A stretch of DNA of 64,000 nucleotides from Callorhinchus milii (lineage: Eukaryota): assembly GCF_018977255.1 (NCBI RefSeq), contig NW_024704742.1:117616001-117680000 (forward strand). Direction: 5' to 3'. Both the position numbers and the translations under genes were made by a program. A model generated the notes under the pieces. That model was not told where the DNA came from, did no database searches, and was given only the letters and a program-made list of their open reading frames with translations. The number at the start of each line of letters is the position of its first letter. The stretch's first letter is position 1. Shown here one piece after another: positions 11,291 through 24,760 of the stretch.

Positions 11291-14200
11291 GGAGGAACAT
11301 GTGGAGTATAAACCAGCACAAACTAGTGGGCCATGCTGAAACATGTTATGTAATTCTATAAACAGGCTTGATGGGCTGAATGGTCTGCTCCTGTGTTCCT
11401 ACATAAATGATCTCCCTTGCATCTGCAGTGGTTCTGCTTTTCCAGAGAATGTCTTGTCCAAAGTCATTAAATGATTAATGTTGTCCCTTTCTGCTAAGAC
11501 TTGCCCTCAATCCCAATATGCTGATTCGTAAGGGCTTTTGGAGTAAACGTTCTTTGTTATACTGCATTTATTCCATGAGGATCATTTGCAACCAAGTTGC
11601 AAATACATAAGCATTTTGTCACACTGTCTAAATGTCCCACCACACCTGACATTTTCCAGTTGCCACTACGTCAGCATAGAAATTGCCAGAAAATTGGAAA
11701 GTAAGGTCTTATGATTTGTGTCATCTTCTGGTCGCTAACAAAGAATTAGTCTCACGATACCTGGTTTAAGTGCAGTACCTATTAAGGGAATTCCCAAAAC
11801 ATAGAAGTACAGTATTCCCAAATTGCATCTCTAACTGTTTGTTACTGGAAATAACATTTTCCATTTACGTCAAGTGGGGCTTTAATACAACAATGGCCAC
11901 ATTTAGTGTCTCATTCATTCACAAGGTGATGTAACCTTCATTCAAAGAATGTATCCAAAAGAATGAAGAAATCTCTCACAATTTGAATGCACGGACACTT
12001 AAATGGTACTGATATGAAATACAAGCTACCATTACATGAATTAAAATGTTTTGATTCCATTGAGGAAACACTAGGTTGCAGGCCTGTGCTTGCGATTTCC
12101 CTCATTGTAAACTCTCCATCTTCGGCATCTTGGCAGAGGGAGGCACCAAGTAGAGGTGCTTTCCCACAGGGCAGGAAACAGAAGCAAGCGATCAGTCAAC
12201 ACATCCTAACATAGGCTGCCTTTGTGTGACGCCTACAGGCGGAGTACAGAATGGCATGGCAAAGATATTTTTCTTACAGACAAATGGATGAATGCAAGTT
12301 GTAAAACAATACAATGTACATTTATATGATGCCTTTCATCTCGGGAGGAAGCCCTTGCCATTGCTTATCAGGCACCCAAACATCTGGGTTCCTGGGATTG
12401 AAAACATGAACCCAGCAAAATATTTCAGGATGTCCCCAAGACTGTAGTACAAGAAGGTATAGGTTTAGAGTTGCAAAGTGCAATTTCAGGGCAGATACTA
12501 GGAAGTTTTCGATATTCAGAAGGTAGTTAATGACTGGAACAGGTTGCTGGGAAGGGTGGCTGAGGGGGCCATTGGACTCATTTAAGAAACACAGCTTCAT
12601 CCTATGATAGGGTATGCTGGAGGGATGAGATGGGAAGGGCTTTCTTCATCTGTGACTTGTAATCTCCTTCTATATTCAGTACGAAAGAGACTGTGAGAAT
12701 GTGCAAATGAAAGAAAGAGAGTCAGCCAGCCAGATGGAGACAGGAAAAAAATTAAAGTGGAAGAAAATGACTGACAAGAGATAGGGAGAAAGTATATGAA
12801 GAATGAGGCTGAAGTCATTTTCTTGATCTTGTCATATCCCCTCTTAATTCAAAAGTTTGATTCTTATTATAAACCATACCCAGTGATCTATTTCACAAAT
12901 CTAAATGGAATCTACTTCCCAGAAGACTTAAGAAATTAACTGTTCCAATAATGAAAGGTCTTAGTATCTTAGTTTACAAACTTGAATACAAATCATGCTA
13001 GATCCTGGGGGAAGACATGAAGAAGCTATTCACTTGCTAGTTAGGATTCATAAAGATATCTCCTATTATAGGCACAACTGGTTTTACATTAAAATATGTG
13101 GTAACTTTGCATATTGTAAAATCAACCACATGTAGGATTCAAGCAATGACAAAACATGAAGGTGTCTAAACAGTATGATAACACTGGTTTGGGATGTGCA
13201 ACAAAAATCAGTGATGATTGCAGCAATGTTCGGAACAATATGTTCCTTTGGTACATACACTGTTCCGACTTTAGTTAGAATACAATAAACCCGCTGACCT
13301 AATGACAAAATAAGAATTAAAACTGAATGAGTCACACAATAGGGGGAAGCATTGCTCTTTCAAAAACTCTCCAATTTTCTTTTTAAAAAGCAGCTGCCAT
13401 GCTTTCAGTTAGAGGGCCAGGTAACTGACCATATGTTTCAAAAAACAGAAGCAGATAAGTGAGGTACTAACCAGAGTGGTAGATAAATGTTACCCACATG
13501 AACATAAGTGAAATAGAAGATGCTTAGACTGAGGAGGCTAGCGATGAAAGCTGGAATCAAAACAAGAATCAATGTTTGGATTTATTCAGAGAACTTCAGA
13601 TGTTACCCTTTTGCACAGAATTATTCAGTGCTGCCAAATTTCTCCTCCATTATAACTAACAAAAACTGAGCTGTTTTTAAAATAGAACAGTTTTTGGTTG
13701 ACAAGGTTCTGAGTTAAAATCTTAGTTGGTTCATTCAATCATGCACCCTTTGTGAACAAATATATATTTTTTTTTAAATGGTGCTAATTAGTACTTAATG
13801 CTAGTTATCCTTTTGGGGTGGAGGGTAAGATAGATCTCTATGGAGTTAAACTGGCTCTAAGGAAATATGTCGAGTATACAGCAAAAAAGGTAGTAACTAA
13901 GTATAATTACATTTGTATTATTATTGGTAGCTTATTATTGGGGAACAGATGGAAAAAACATCAGGTTGATCAGCATCTGAAACAATAGATTAGCAGTTTG
14001 CGTTTGAATCTTCATTTCAATAGAACTGGATAAATTCTGATAAAGAGTTCATATCTAACTTTAACATTCACTTAGCTTCATTTGTCGGATGCTGAACACC
14101 ACAACTAACTTCTGATATTATTGAATATTTCAAAAACATTGCAAATGTTAAACATTGCAAATAAGTAAATGAGTGAGTTTTTAAGATCAGCAGTGAGGAT

Positions 14201-14477
14201 GAGATAGAGTAAAGAAATTACACAAAGCAGAGATCAGAAGATCAGAAGATGAGTTTGGATAAAGAAGGCCCTTCGGCCTATCTGATTTCATCCCTCCAGA
14301 ATTCCCACCCTACTACCCTCCCATCACAGCATTAAGCTGTTTTTTAAATGAAAAGAAACCTAAGTGAGAAGGAAAAAATGACAGTGATATTGATGTTGAA
14401 GACCAATAAAACTAGGGTGGCGCCACTATCTGACAAAGAAATCTTCACTGAGGAATGGGCTAAGTTATAGTTTGTAA

Positions 14478-15400
14478 TAACAACAACAAAATTACATTTG
14501 TATAGTGCCTTTCATGTCAGAAGGACGTCCCAAAACTCTGGACAGTCAGAGTTTCGGACCCGGGCTGGGGGTCAGGATTGGGAGGGTGGAGGGCAGTGGG
14601 GGAAGCAGGATGATCAAAAGCATGGTCGAAGAGGAGGGTCTTTTGATGGGTCTTGAAGGAAGCAAGGAGGGACTGTGGGATGGAGTTTCAAAGGTTGGTG
14701 GCAGAGTGGCAGAAGGCCCACCCTCAATGGTGGGGCGAGTGTAGCAGGGGACCTAAAGCAGACCTGAGCAGAGGGAGCGGGCAGGATGGTAGGGGGTTAG
14801 GAGGTTGCAGAGGTAGGGGTGAGCAAAACTATAGAGGGCTTTGAAGGTGAGGACCAGGATCTTGAACTGTACCCTCTGTGTAATGGAAAGCCAGTGGCGT
14901 CAGGTGAGGATGGGGGTGATAGGGTCACGGAGGCTGGTGTGGCAGAGTTCTGGATGATCTGCAGTCTATGAACAGAAGAGTTGGGGAGGCTGACAAGCAA
15001 GGAGTTTGCATAGTCAAGCCTCGATGTAATGAAAGCGTGTATGAGGGTTTCGGCGGCCTGCAGTGTGAGACAGTGATGGAGCTGGGTGACGTTGCGGAGG
15101 TGGGGGAAGGCAGAGCGGATCATGGCACAGATGGGGCTAGAAAGCATAGTTGAGGTTCAATAATTCCAAGGTTCTGGACTGACTTAGGAAGGTGGAGTGT
15201 GCACCTATGGATGGTGATGCTGTCAGCACCTGAGGTGTGGAGAGGGGAGCCTCGGTCTTGTTGACGTTCAACTGTAGAAAGTTAGCTCTCATCCAGTACT
15301 TGACGTCTGACAGACATTCAGTCAGGACAGCAGTGATCCTGGAGTCAAGGGTGGAGGCAGAGAGGTTCAGTTGGGTGTCATCCGCATACATGTGGAATCT
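14478..15400 (-). mobile_element. L2 LINE fragment (RT YADD to 3' tail)
   Basis: FHMYADDTQL..WMRANFLQLNVNKTE..LIHAFITSRLDYANSLL, ending in a (TTG)n tail. Confidence 0.92.
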
Positions 15401-16039
15401 AAAGTACAAGTGAGAGGAAGAGAGCAAGTGCAGAAGAAAACATAGTCTTGATCTGAAGATAATTTTTTAAGATCTCATATTATCAACCCTTCTGCATCTT
15501 CTCCAAGGACTATAAAATTTCATAAATTTACTTATCTTTAGGTCAACCCTGTGTTTCTTCCAATGGCTAACAGTAAAAAGTCAGAAGCTAAACCATTAAA
15601 ATATACTAAATATTATATAGTATAGCGTTTTATATTCAAATATAAAATTTTATATTCAAATATAAAATTGTGAGGAGAAAGTACCCAGACATTCTTCTCT
15701 GAAGCTTGGAAGAGCAAATTGAGCCAAATTGAATGCCACCTGGAGCCAATGAACATAAACATTTTGTATCAGAGAGTATTCAACAAAAAAATCCACTATC
15801 CAAAACTTTAAATCTAGCTTATCAAAACTCTGTAGGACACTAAGGTGCAAGGGTCACTCCAGGAGGGTGTGGATTAGGCAGGAAAATATCATAGCAGTTA
15901 ATTGTTAGACCTGACAGTGCTAACTCCCTGTTCACCAGACTTCCTAATTCGTCCCTCCATAATATGCAGATTATTCAGAACTCTGCAACTCGTATACTCT
16001 CCCGCACCAAGCTCTGTGAGGCAATTACCCCCTTCCCGT

Positions 16040-16418
16040 GGAGTCCTGTAGCTCAGTGGTTAGAGCACTTGCACCACAAACTAGAGGACCTGGGTTCAAC
16101 TCCTGGCCGGGCAAAACGTTGGGCAAGTTTCCTTACTCCATATGCCTCTGTTTAAACTAACAATAAGTAGAAACCCAGTTGTCAGTCAATTGGCAGATTG
16201 CTTTTCTGGGCATAATAATCCCCTCAAAAAAATACTTTTAAAAAAAATTTGATCACTCAATCCACGACTGTTTGTGGGACATTGCTGTATGCAATTGGCT
16301 GCTGCGTTTCACCCCCAAAATATAGCCAATTCACTTCACAGAATATTCTGAGAAGCACTTTGAGACATCTCAAAGACATGATAAGTCGCTATATCAAATA
16401 CAAGGATTATTATTATTA
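16040..16418 (+). mobile_element. tRNA-derived Deu-domain SINE, long form
   Basis: Head GGAGTCCTGTAGCTCAGTGGTTAGAGC (A box) and GGTTCAACTCC (B box), Deu-like core tgtttgtgggacattgctgt..aattggctgc, L2-like tail with (TTA)n. Retains the extra internal segment (~16145-16210). Confidence 0.9.
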
Positions 16419-17827
16419 ACTCCCAGAACAATTTGAGCAATATGAGAAGAAACTAAATAGACATAAACATAACTTTGGTGAAGGACCATAACCCTGGTAA
16501 CTTCTTTAAAAGTAAATAAGGCAGAGCTTGTGAAATGTTATGGAGATGTCAAAGCCCATGACCAAATTCATCATGAATAAACTCAGAACACTACTTTCAG
16601 AAATGCAAAAGCAATAGAATAAGATAACACAGGTTCAAGGTTGGAAAGGGTAGTTTCAGGACAGACACCAGCAAGTAATTCTTTACAGAGGATAATTGAT
16701 GACTGGTAGAATGGTTGGTTGAGTCCAGAATACTGGATTAATTTAAGAAACAGCTCAATGTGGTAATGGGAAAAAGGTAGGAGTGCGTATTATAGAGGAA
16801 TGAGATCAAATGGGCCAAAGGGCCTTCTTCATCAGAACCTCCATCTTAACCAGAAATTTTAAGCTATTGAATAACTTGAGAGCTGGTGGAAGCTTCTATT
16901 AGTTTAGATGGCACAGGTGTGATGGGAATAGGTGTTGTCCAATCAAACCATCTGAAAACATATTATATTGCTGTGCTTTGATATTGCAATAAGACCTTAT
17001 TACTAATACTGAGTTTAGTCTGACATTGATAAAGTATATAATCAGCAGTGCTGCACCTCACTGTAACATACTTTAATATTCAGCAAATTGCAATGCATTT
17101 ACAAATAACAAATGTTTTCTATTTCAAGGTTAAAATACAGTAAATTACTGGAATATGTACAGCCGAGCATACAAGTAAATTAATTTATGGGGAAGAATAA
17201 CAAGCTATTTGGACTGCATTACAAAGAAAATCTCCAGAGTAGATAGATGTTTGTGCCTTTTTAATAAATAGAATCTGATAAACTGGAAAGAACAAATTTG
17301 ATAAACAGAAAAAAAAGCTGCAATATTTAATTGTTAGGTTTAATCCTGCCTTCAGATGATTGTCAGATGATTGAATGATTAAAAAAAGAGAATGACCAGG
17401 TGAGTGAATACACAAGGTAGTTACATGAAATCTAAAGTGCTGATGTATTTGTGTCATATGTTTGCAGTACTTCACGTGTATGTACCCATCAGGAAAATGA
17501 CAGAACGCTACTTCTAAGAGCACAAAAGAGAAAAGAAAATGGAAAAAAATATTAAATCACTGGGTTATAAAATGTCAAACTATGGAAATCTATAATGCCT
17601 CTCTGCCAATAAATATTACCTTATCATAAGAATACATTTATTTTCTTACATAAAAAAGCTGATCATTACAAAGTAATGTTAATTTATCTTAATAGAGATA
17701 ATTTTATTCAGTCTGCATTGCACTTGAATAACCTTCCAGGTATTGGAAGCGTTGTGGTTAATCGCCAGTTCTACCTTTGTTAACTTTCTCGTGTTTGTAA
17801 AGCAAAGTACTTTAAATAACCTTAAAA

Positions 17828-18225
17828 TAATAACAACAACTTGCACTTATATAGTCCCTCCACGCAGGGTAGGGTCTCAGGCCGCTTTACTCTGAGCCTG
17901 ATTCCGTGCCGGAAGTGGTGGAGGTGCAGAGGTGGCCGTAAGCACGGTTGAAGAGGAAGGTTTTCAGGCGGGACTTGAGAAAGGATAGAGGGGGCAAGAC
18001 GGAGGGATTGAGGGACAGTGTTCCAGAGTTTCGGGGCGTAGTGGCTGACAGCGCAACTTCCGATGAGGTGAAAGCGTGACCGGAGCGTGCGAGGATGAGC
18101 AGGAGGGCGGTACCAGTCGAGTGGAGGCACTAGGTAGTGGAATGGAGAGTGAGTAGGTCAGAGAGGTAGGGAGGTGCCAGAGAGTGAAGAGATTTGAACA
18201 CGAATGTGAGCTCAAGAACTCAATA
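17828..18225 (-). mobile_element. L2 LINE 3' fragment (divergent subfamily)
   Basis: YAPKLWNTVPQSLRLAPS plus the tail ..tataagtgcaagttgttgtt. Confidence 0.85.
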
Positions 18226-18367
18226 CTGCTATCACTAGCTGTAATATGTTTAGAAGACTAAAGTTTCAAAGCAGTAGCAATGCTTCAAAACAGTGACACA
18301 TTCTGTGGGCGGTCAGGAACTATGCTTTTCTTAGAAATTGACAGTCATATGCCATTTCACGCAAAAT

Positions 18368-18683
18368 GTCCTGTAGCTCAGTGGTTAGAGCACTCGCTTT
18401 GCAAGCGAGAGACCTGAGTTGAATTCCAGGCAGGGCGAAACCTTGGGCAAGTTTCCTTACTCCACACGCCTAATAATAATCCCTCCAAAACCTAAAACAA
18501 TAATAAATTGGTCATTTTCAATCTACGACTGTTTGTGGGACATTGCTGTGCGCAATTGGCTGCCGCGTTCGCCCACAAATATACAGTCAATTCACTTTAC
18601 AGTGTGTTCTGTGAAGCGCTTTGGGACGTCCTCCCGAGGTGAAAAGCGCTATATCAAATGCAAGGATTATTATTATTATTATT
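18368..18683 (+). mobile_element. tRNA(Ala-TGC-like)-derived SINE, short young form
   Basis: A and B boxes, anticodon-like arm CTCGC-TTTGCAA-GCGAG, Deu-like core, L2-like tail, (TTA)n. Near-identical to the copies at 35403 and 41278. Confidence 0.93.
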
Positions 18684-18819
18684 AAAACCTGACAAAATAA
18701 TTGTGTTGTATTCACAGCACAGAGAATATAATAGAAGTATTCAAAAATATTAGAGGGGTTTGAAGGGAAAATATTTTAAAAGATATTATGGTATATGGAT
18801 GTAAAATTATTACTAGAAT

Positions 18820-19012
18820 GGTGTTAGCCTTTCTCAGTTGGTAGCACTTTTTCTGAGTCAGATGATAGTGGATTTAAGGACTTGAAACTCATAGTCTAGG
18901 CTGACATTCTAGCACAGTCCTGGGGGAGTCCTGCATGACAAAAGGCGCTGTCCTTCAGATGAGTCATTAAACTGAGGTCCTATCTGTTCAAGTGGATGTT
19001 AAAGATCACACG
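18820..19012 (+). mobile_element. Old SacSINE1/AmnSINE-like Deu-SINE 5' part
   Basis: ctcagttggtagcact..tctgagtcaga..ctaggctgaca..gctgtccttcagatgag..ttaaactgagg..gatgttaaagatc; homologous to 23005-23225. Confidence 0.7.
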
Positions 19013-19169
19013 TTAATGCTCATTTTTAAAGGGGGAGAGGCAGATAGAAAAACATTATGTTAAGATAAAGATGGAAATAGGAAAAGAGAAAGGAGGCAAG
19101 GAGAATATAAATGGTCAAGGAAATAAATAAAGCTGACTATAACAAGAAAACCACGAAAGGCAGTCTGAT

Positions 19170-20146
19170 ACCTTTCTATATGCTCCCTCTTTGTGAAAGC
19201 ATCTGGAGATATGGAGTCAACTTCCACATGTATGTGGATGACACGCAACTCTATCTCTCTGCCTCCACCCTCAACTCCAGGACCAGACAATGTCTGTCAG
19301 ACATAAGTCCTGGATGAGAACTAACTTTCTCCAATCGAACATCATTGACATTGACATCCTCCTGATTGGCTCCAGTCAGCACCTCCACACTTCAGGCACT
19401 GGCAGCATCATCATCCAAGGATGCACACTCAACCATCACTGAGTCAGTCCGGAACCTTTGTGTCTTGTTTGACCTTCAGCTGTACTTTCTATCCCACATC
19501 CATGCTATGACCTGCTCTGCATTCCTCCACCTCCGCAACATAGCTCAGCTCTGCCACTGCCTCTCCCCTCAGGCCACCGAAACCCTGGTCCACGCATTTA
19601 TTACATCTAAGCTCAACTATGCCAACTCCCTGCTTGTCAGCCTTCCTAATTCTTCCCTCCATAAGATGCAGATCATCCAGAATATTGCATCTCATGTCCT
19701 CTACCGCACCAGGATCCATGACCCTACAATCCCGACCCTCGCCTGGCTCCACTGACTCCCCATCCCCAGAGCAGAGTTCAAAATCCTTGTCCTCACCTTC
19801 AAAACCCTCCAAAGGCCTCGATTCTTGCTACCTCTGCGACCATATCAACCTGTCCACTCCTTCCGCTCAGCAGGCTCTGGCCTGCTCGGCACGCCCCACC
19901 ATCGGCGGTCGGCCTTTCAGTTTCTCTGCCCCCATCCTTTGGAACTCCATCCCACAGTCCATTCATCTGCTCCCTCCCTTGCCTCCTTCAAAGCACTTCT
20001 CAAAACCCTTCTCTTCAACCGGGCATTTGGCCACTCTCCTACCCCTACCCTCCCTGCCCTCCACCCGCCCTGATCCTAACCCCTGCTCGGGTCCAAATCC
20101 TCCCAACGTGAAAGCCACTATACAAATGTAATTTGTTGTTGTTGTT
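19170..20146 (+). mobile_element. L2 LINE fragment (RT to 3' tail)
   Basis: YMLPL..GVNFHMYVDDTQLYLS..LVHAFITSKLNYANSLL..ILWNSIPQS; ends gttgttgttgtt. Confidence 0.92.
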
Positions 20147-20269
20147 AATAAACTGCCTATACTGTAATGTATAGAGTATGGACAACCAAATCTGTTGTGT
20201 TGAGATACTAGATAAATTAGACAAACTTTAAGAGGACAAAGTACCAGGCATATATACATATATATAATA

Positions 20270-20700
20270 ACTCAGTGGAGAAAGGAATCATGCCAGAGAA
20301 CTGGTGGGTGGCAAATGCAATTTCCACCTTTTAAAAAGATGGAATTAATCCAGGAAACTAAAAGTCAATGGTGTGAGGGAACTAAAAGTCAGTTAACTTA
20401 ATGTCTGTGGTGGGAGGGTAATGCAGTCTATAAAAAGGTTGAAATAACAAGAATCTCAAGGAGAGTGTAATTAAAAACAACTGGCATGGATAAGGAAGGT
20501 CATTTTGACAAACCGTATTGAGTTCTTTGAAATAACATATGAAGTAGATAAGAGAAATACAATGGTTGTGGTGTACAGGGACTTCTAAATCATATGCAAC
20601 ATAAGAGACACATTGCTAAAACCAGAGCAAATTGAGTCATAGGAGAGGAAGCAGGTGGATTGTGAGATGGCTGAAAAATAGAAAACAAAGTTGAGGACAA
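20270..20700 (+). mobile_element. Old CR1 LINE RT fragment
   Basis: Decayed P.NW..ANAI..F.K..PGN..SV.LMSVVG..HG..LTN.IEFFE..VVY.DF, the CR1 RT N-terminal motifs. Confidence 0.7.
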
Positions 20701-23004
20701 AGTCTTGCGAGAAACTCCATGATATACATCAGTGGATTTAAAATGTATTATTAATGTTAGAATTCCTGAAATAATCCATGGATTTCTCATCTATTCCTGC
20801 TACTGGGTGGGGGAGAATGATTACAGATTAGCAGCTTTGCAAGAAAAAGGGAAAATATTGTTGGGGGAAAAAATGAAACAAAAATGGGTTCTAAAAATCT
20901 ATTTACAAAACGTACTGGAGTGTAACTTGTACTTCAAATCCATATGACTCATTTGTGTGACTCATAATCATGGATAGCGAATGTCAGCATAAGTGGCACT
21001 CAACTGCTCTTTCGTTATTTGTAGACAGGGCTGCTGATAGTGGAGTGCATTCAGATGGTTGCTTTGCAGTCAAGTGTGACTACAGGCACAATGAATATTA
21101 AAAAAGTCTTGTTCCTGGATGTGGGAATATAATCAAAGCCAGTTCTCTTTGTGAATCCAAGCGGAAAACAGATGTTTGCTGATTAATGGCATGCAGCGTG
21201 TGGCAGGAGCACGCTGGCATGATGCACACACTCCTGATAAGGATGAATTACTTAGTTACCATTCCAGTGCCCTGTGGAAGCACTCAAAAATATTCTGTCA
21301 GATGTGATACTTGTTTTGACTGCTGCACAGGGAAGATAAAATAGACCTGGGTTTTAAATCATTAGTGAAATAAAAACGAAAACTTCTTATTTTCCTACAT
21401 AACATGTAAATACAGTGAATATTATTAAACTGGACTGCATCTTGATATTCACAGCAACGGAGCTTCACAAAGCAGCCGGCGAAAGGAATTCATTGTGTTC
21501 GGTTGCCTAGGTTTTGCAGATGCCTAAAATTCCTCCTCCTAGCACGTTCAGACCATTTTATCTTAAAATTTTCAAATGTGCAGAATTGTGAAAATTGTTT
21601 AAATCCAGCCTTAAGTTTGGAAAAGGTTTCCTTGTTAAGATCTGCAGAAAAACATCTTCCAAATTAACATTTGAATTTAAGATTTTTCTACAGTTTTAAA
21701 CAATTTTAAGACCACGTGGCTTTACAGGCTTAAAATAGGTGGGATTTCAGGCTTCAAATCACTACAGTATATTCTAGGAAGCGCTTTGAGATGTCTTGCA
21801 AACATCATATGCTCTATAGCAAATGCAAGGATTATTATTATGTAGTTTTTTATATGTGGGAACTATCTTGCACGCCTGCTGCCATCCTTGGTGCCCTCTC
21901 CACCTTCAAAGTCACCTTTCTCCTCCCTAGCTCCTATCTAACCAGCATGCAATTTGAACCCAACTTTTATTGTGTTGATGGCCAGACTTCAAATGGATAA
22001 GAGGATAAGCAAAATGTTTCCGTTTTGCTCCCAGGACTCGCAATTAAAAGCAAAGTAGCCTTATGGTACTGATCTGATAAAATCTCTACAAAGAGAAATC
22101 TTCATAAGATTATGGTCCATCTTATTTTACCTTGAGTTTACTTTTAATTCAAAGGCGTATTATACTTCAATATGTATTGACTACATTTTGAAAACAATAA
22201 ATATCATATAAATATCACATCCTAAGAATAAAATTATTTCCCAAAGCATCATTGTTTCCAGAATGGGAGTCCCTAGGTGCTGCCCAGGTGCTGTGGTGGT
22301 TCCTGCGGAAGGAAACAACAGGAATCCATTTAAATTTGTTCCAAAGATCATTATATTTTCAGCTTTAGTGTAGGTGTGATGTTCACCATATAGGCATTTA
22401 TACTATTGAAACTGTCCTTGAGCCGAAGTATAATTTGTGGGTTGAGGAGAGCAAAACTTTGCTCCTTCTTGGTCGAATGACCATGAAAAACAGTTATTAA
22501 AAGAGAAACTAAATGTCATTCCTGCCCTAGAGTCTACAAATATACAATTGTAAACTGCGCACCTGATTTTATTTCAAGATGGTGCACAATCTGAAAGTTG
22601 CAGTTGGGAGAGACCACTTTGCAGGAAAGCTGCAGCCACCTAACGGTCACTTAATGTTTAATACTAAAGATCACAAATTCCATTTCAAACTATTGTCATT
22701 GATAATTTAACACTGCCAATGATTTTGAAACATCACAAACTTATTCAGTATTTTTTAGAAATGTGTTGTGGTTAGATTAGCTTTTAAGAGGGAAGCAGAT
22801 AGACATTTGAAAGAGAGGAGCTTGAAGGGGTGTGGAGATAAGATGGAACAGGGGACTAAAGTGATCTGCTTGCCCTATGAGCCAGGACAGATTTGATGGG
22901 CTAAATGGTCTTCTTCTGCGCTGTAGATTTCTGTTTTCTATGTTCTACCACTATCAATGATCGTCTTCTACTGAAGCAATACAAAGTATTACAGGCAGGA
23001 AGAG

Positions 23005-23225
23005 GTCAGCCTGCTCAGTTGGTAGCACTATTCCCTCTGAGTCAGAAGGCTGTAGGTTCAATCCTCAAATCGGAATTTGAACTCGTACAGTCTATGCTGA
23101 CACTCCAATGCAGTGCACGAGTGTGTTGCACTGTTGGGAGCGCTGTCCTTCAGACCAAACGTTAAACCAAGATCTTGCCTGCCTGTTCAGTTAAATGTTA
23201 AAGATTCCATGACACTACTTGAAAA
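23005..23225 (+). mobile_element. SacSINE1/AmnSINE-like Deu-SINE 5' part
   Basis: tRNA-like head gctcagttggtagcact..ggttcaatcc, then gctgacactcca.tgcagt..gcactgttggg.gcgctgtccttcag..cgttaaacc..gttaaagattccatg.cacta. Confidence 0.75.
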
Positions 23226-24244
23226 GAGTTCAATCCTCACAGCGGGATTTTGAACTCGTATTGTATAGTATCCAGTGAAGCACTTTGAAACGTTGAGATT
23301 AAGCAACAAGGCACTATATCAAATGCGAGGATTATTATTATTAATATTAATATTATTATGAAAGCCCCAAAGTAAAATATAAATAACTATCCAATAGTTC
23401 TGTTTTTGCACTCATTTTGGGATTGAAAACATAGTCATTGGAAAAACGTGAAAATGACAGAGATCGTGTACGAGTCAAGGTCCTCCGGAACATCACAAAG
23501 TTCATGAGGTTCACCACCGGAGTCAAATTATGTCCAAGGTTTTATTTCCAGCGTTGAGGTATCATTTATGCTGTCATTTTCTGCTGATCGCATTTTGAAT
23601 CCCTATAATAATAATAATCCTTGCATTGGGACAGGGCCTTTTATGTCAGGAAGATGTGCCAAACCACTTCACAGGATTTACTGTAAAGTGTAGTGACTGT
23701 GTATTGGTAGCTGAACACGACATCCCAATTGTGCACAGCAATATCTCACAAACTGCCATGAAACAAATAATCAATTTTATTTGGGGGATCATTGGTCAGG
23801 ACACCAGGAGAAACTTCCTTCTCTTTCAAATAGTGCCATGGAATCTTTAACATCCACTTCAAAGGTTAAATACAAAGTTTGGATGACTACTATCCATAGT
23901 GAAATAAATCACTAATGATGGCCTGCAGTTTGGCTCTCATTACATTTGGCATTTATTGCATTAGGAAGTTGCCTCTGAGTCAGAAATATTTCCCAGGGGG
24001 TGGATTCTGCCATAAATGACGTCACTGTAAATTGTAATTGAAGGAAATTAATGCATAATTTCTAACAAATTACAAAACAATTAAGTGGATATGATTAATA
24101 TTAATGGATGAGAATGCTACCAACTGAGCTAGTTGACACCTAAAGAGACACATTAAGAGAATTTGTTGACTACAGTATTTGTCAACTTTGGATTTGTTTA
24201 GTGCAAATAGCATTGAAAATTACCAGAAAAAATAGATTGAAAGT

Positions 24245-24760
24245 ATTAAAGGGGTGTTAAGAGGTGCAAAACAAAGGGGGGAAAATTGCAACAAAATAGG
24301 CAGACCAGAGAGAGAAAAGGTGTGTTTGGGACCCAGTTGATAATTACAAGATGATTACATGTACAGATGCACAGATTACATCATCTGGTTCCCAGACACA
24401 CCTTTTCTCTCTCTGGTCTGCCTATTTTGTCACAATTCCCCCCCCCCCTTATTTTGCATTATTAATACATTATTAACTGTTTTGTTGCAATTACCCCTTT
24501 GTTTTGCATCATTAACACCTCTTTAACCCACCATTCCCTGTCCTCTACCCCATTTTCTCCTTTATCTTCCTTGCCCTGCCTCCCCCTTCTCTGTTAGGTC
24601 TTAAAAACCTTTCCCTCCCAACATGCCTCAGTTCTGTCGAAGGGTTGTGGACCCGAAACGTTGACTCACTTTCCTTTCTCCATAGATGCTGCCTGACCTG
24701 CTGAGTGTTCCCAGCAACTTTTGTTTTTGTTTCAGATTTCCAGTAACTGCAGTATTTTGC
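24245..24760 (+). mobile_element. Penelope-like element pseudo-LTR fragment with inverted 5' segment
   Basis: Inverted repeat ~24290-24337 versus ~24385-24432, followed by the PLE-type motif gttctg.cgaagggt..acccgaaacgttgact..agatgctgcctgacctgctgagt..ccagca..tttcagatttccag..tgcagtattttgc. Confidence 0.75.
24630..24666 (+). ncRNA. Minimal type I hammerhead ribozyme fold, probably inactive
   Basis: Stem I AGTT/GACT, core CTGTCGA (consensus CUGANGA, with A>T), stem II GGGT-TGTGG-ACCC, GAAA, palindromic stem III AC/GT, and a GUU cleavage triplet. Confidence 0.6.

Noticed and set aside
17185..17523. 112-aa minus-strand ORF next to a polypyrimidine tract
   Set aside because: No recognisable motif, no partner exons or convincing donor; likely chance.
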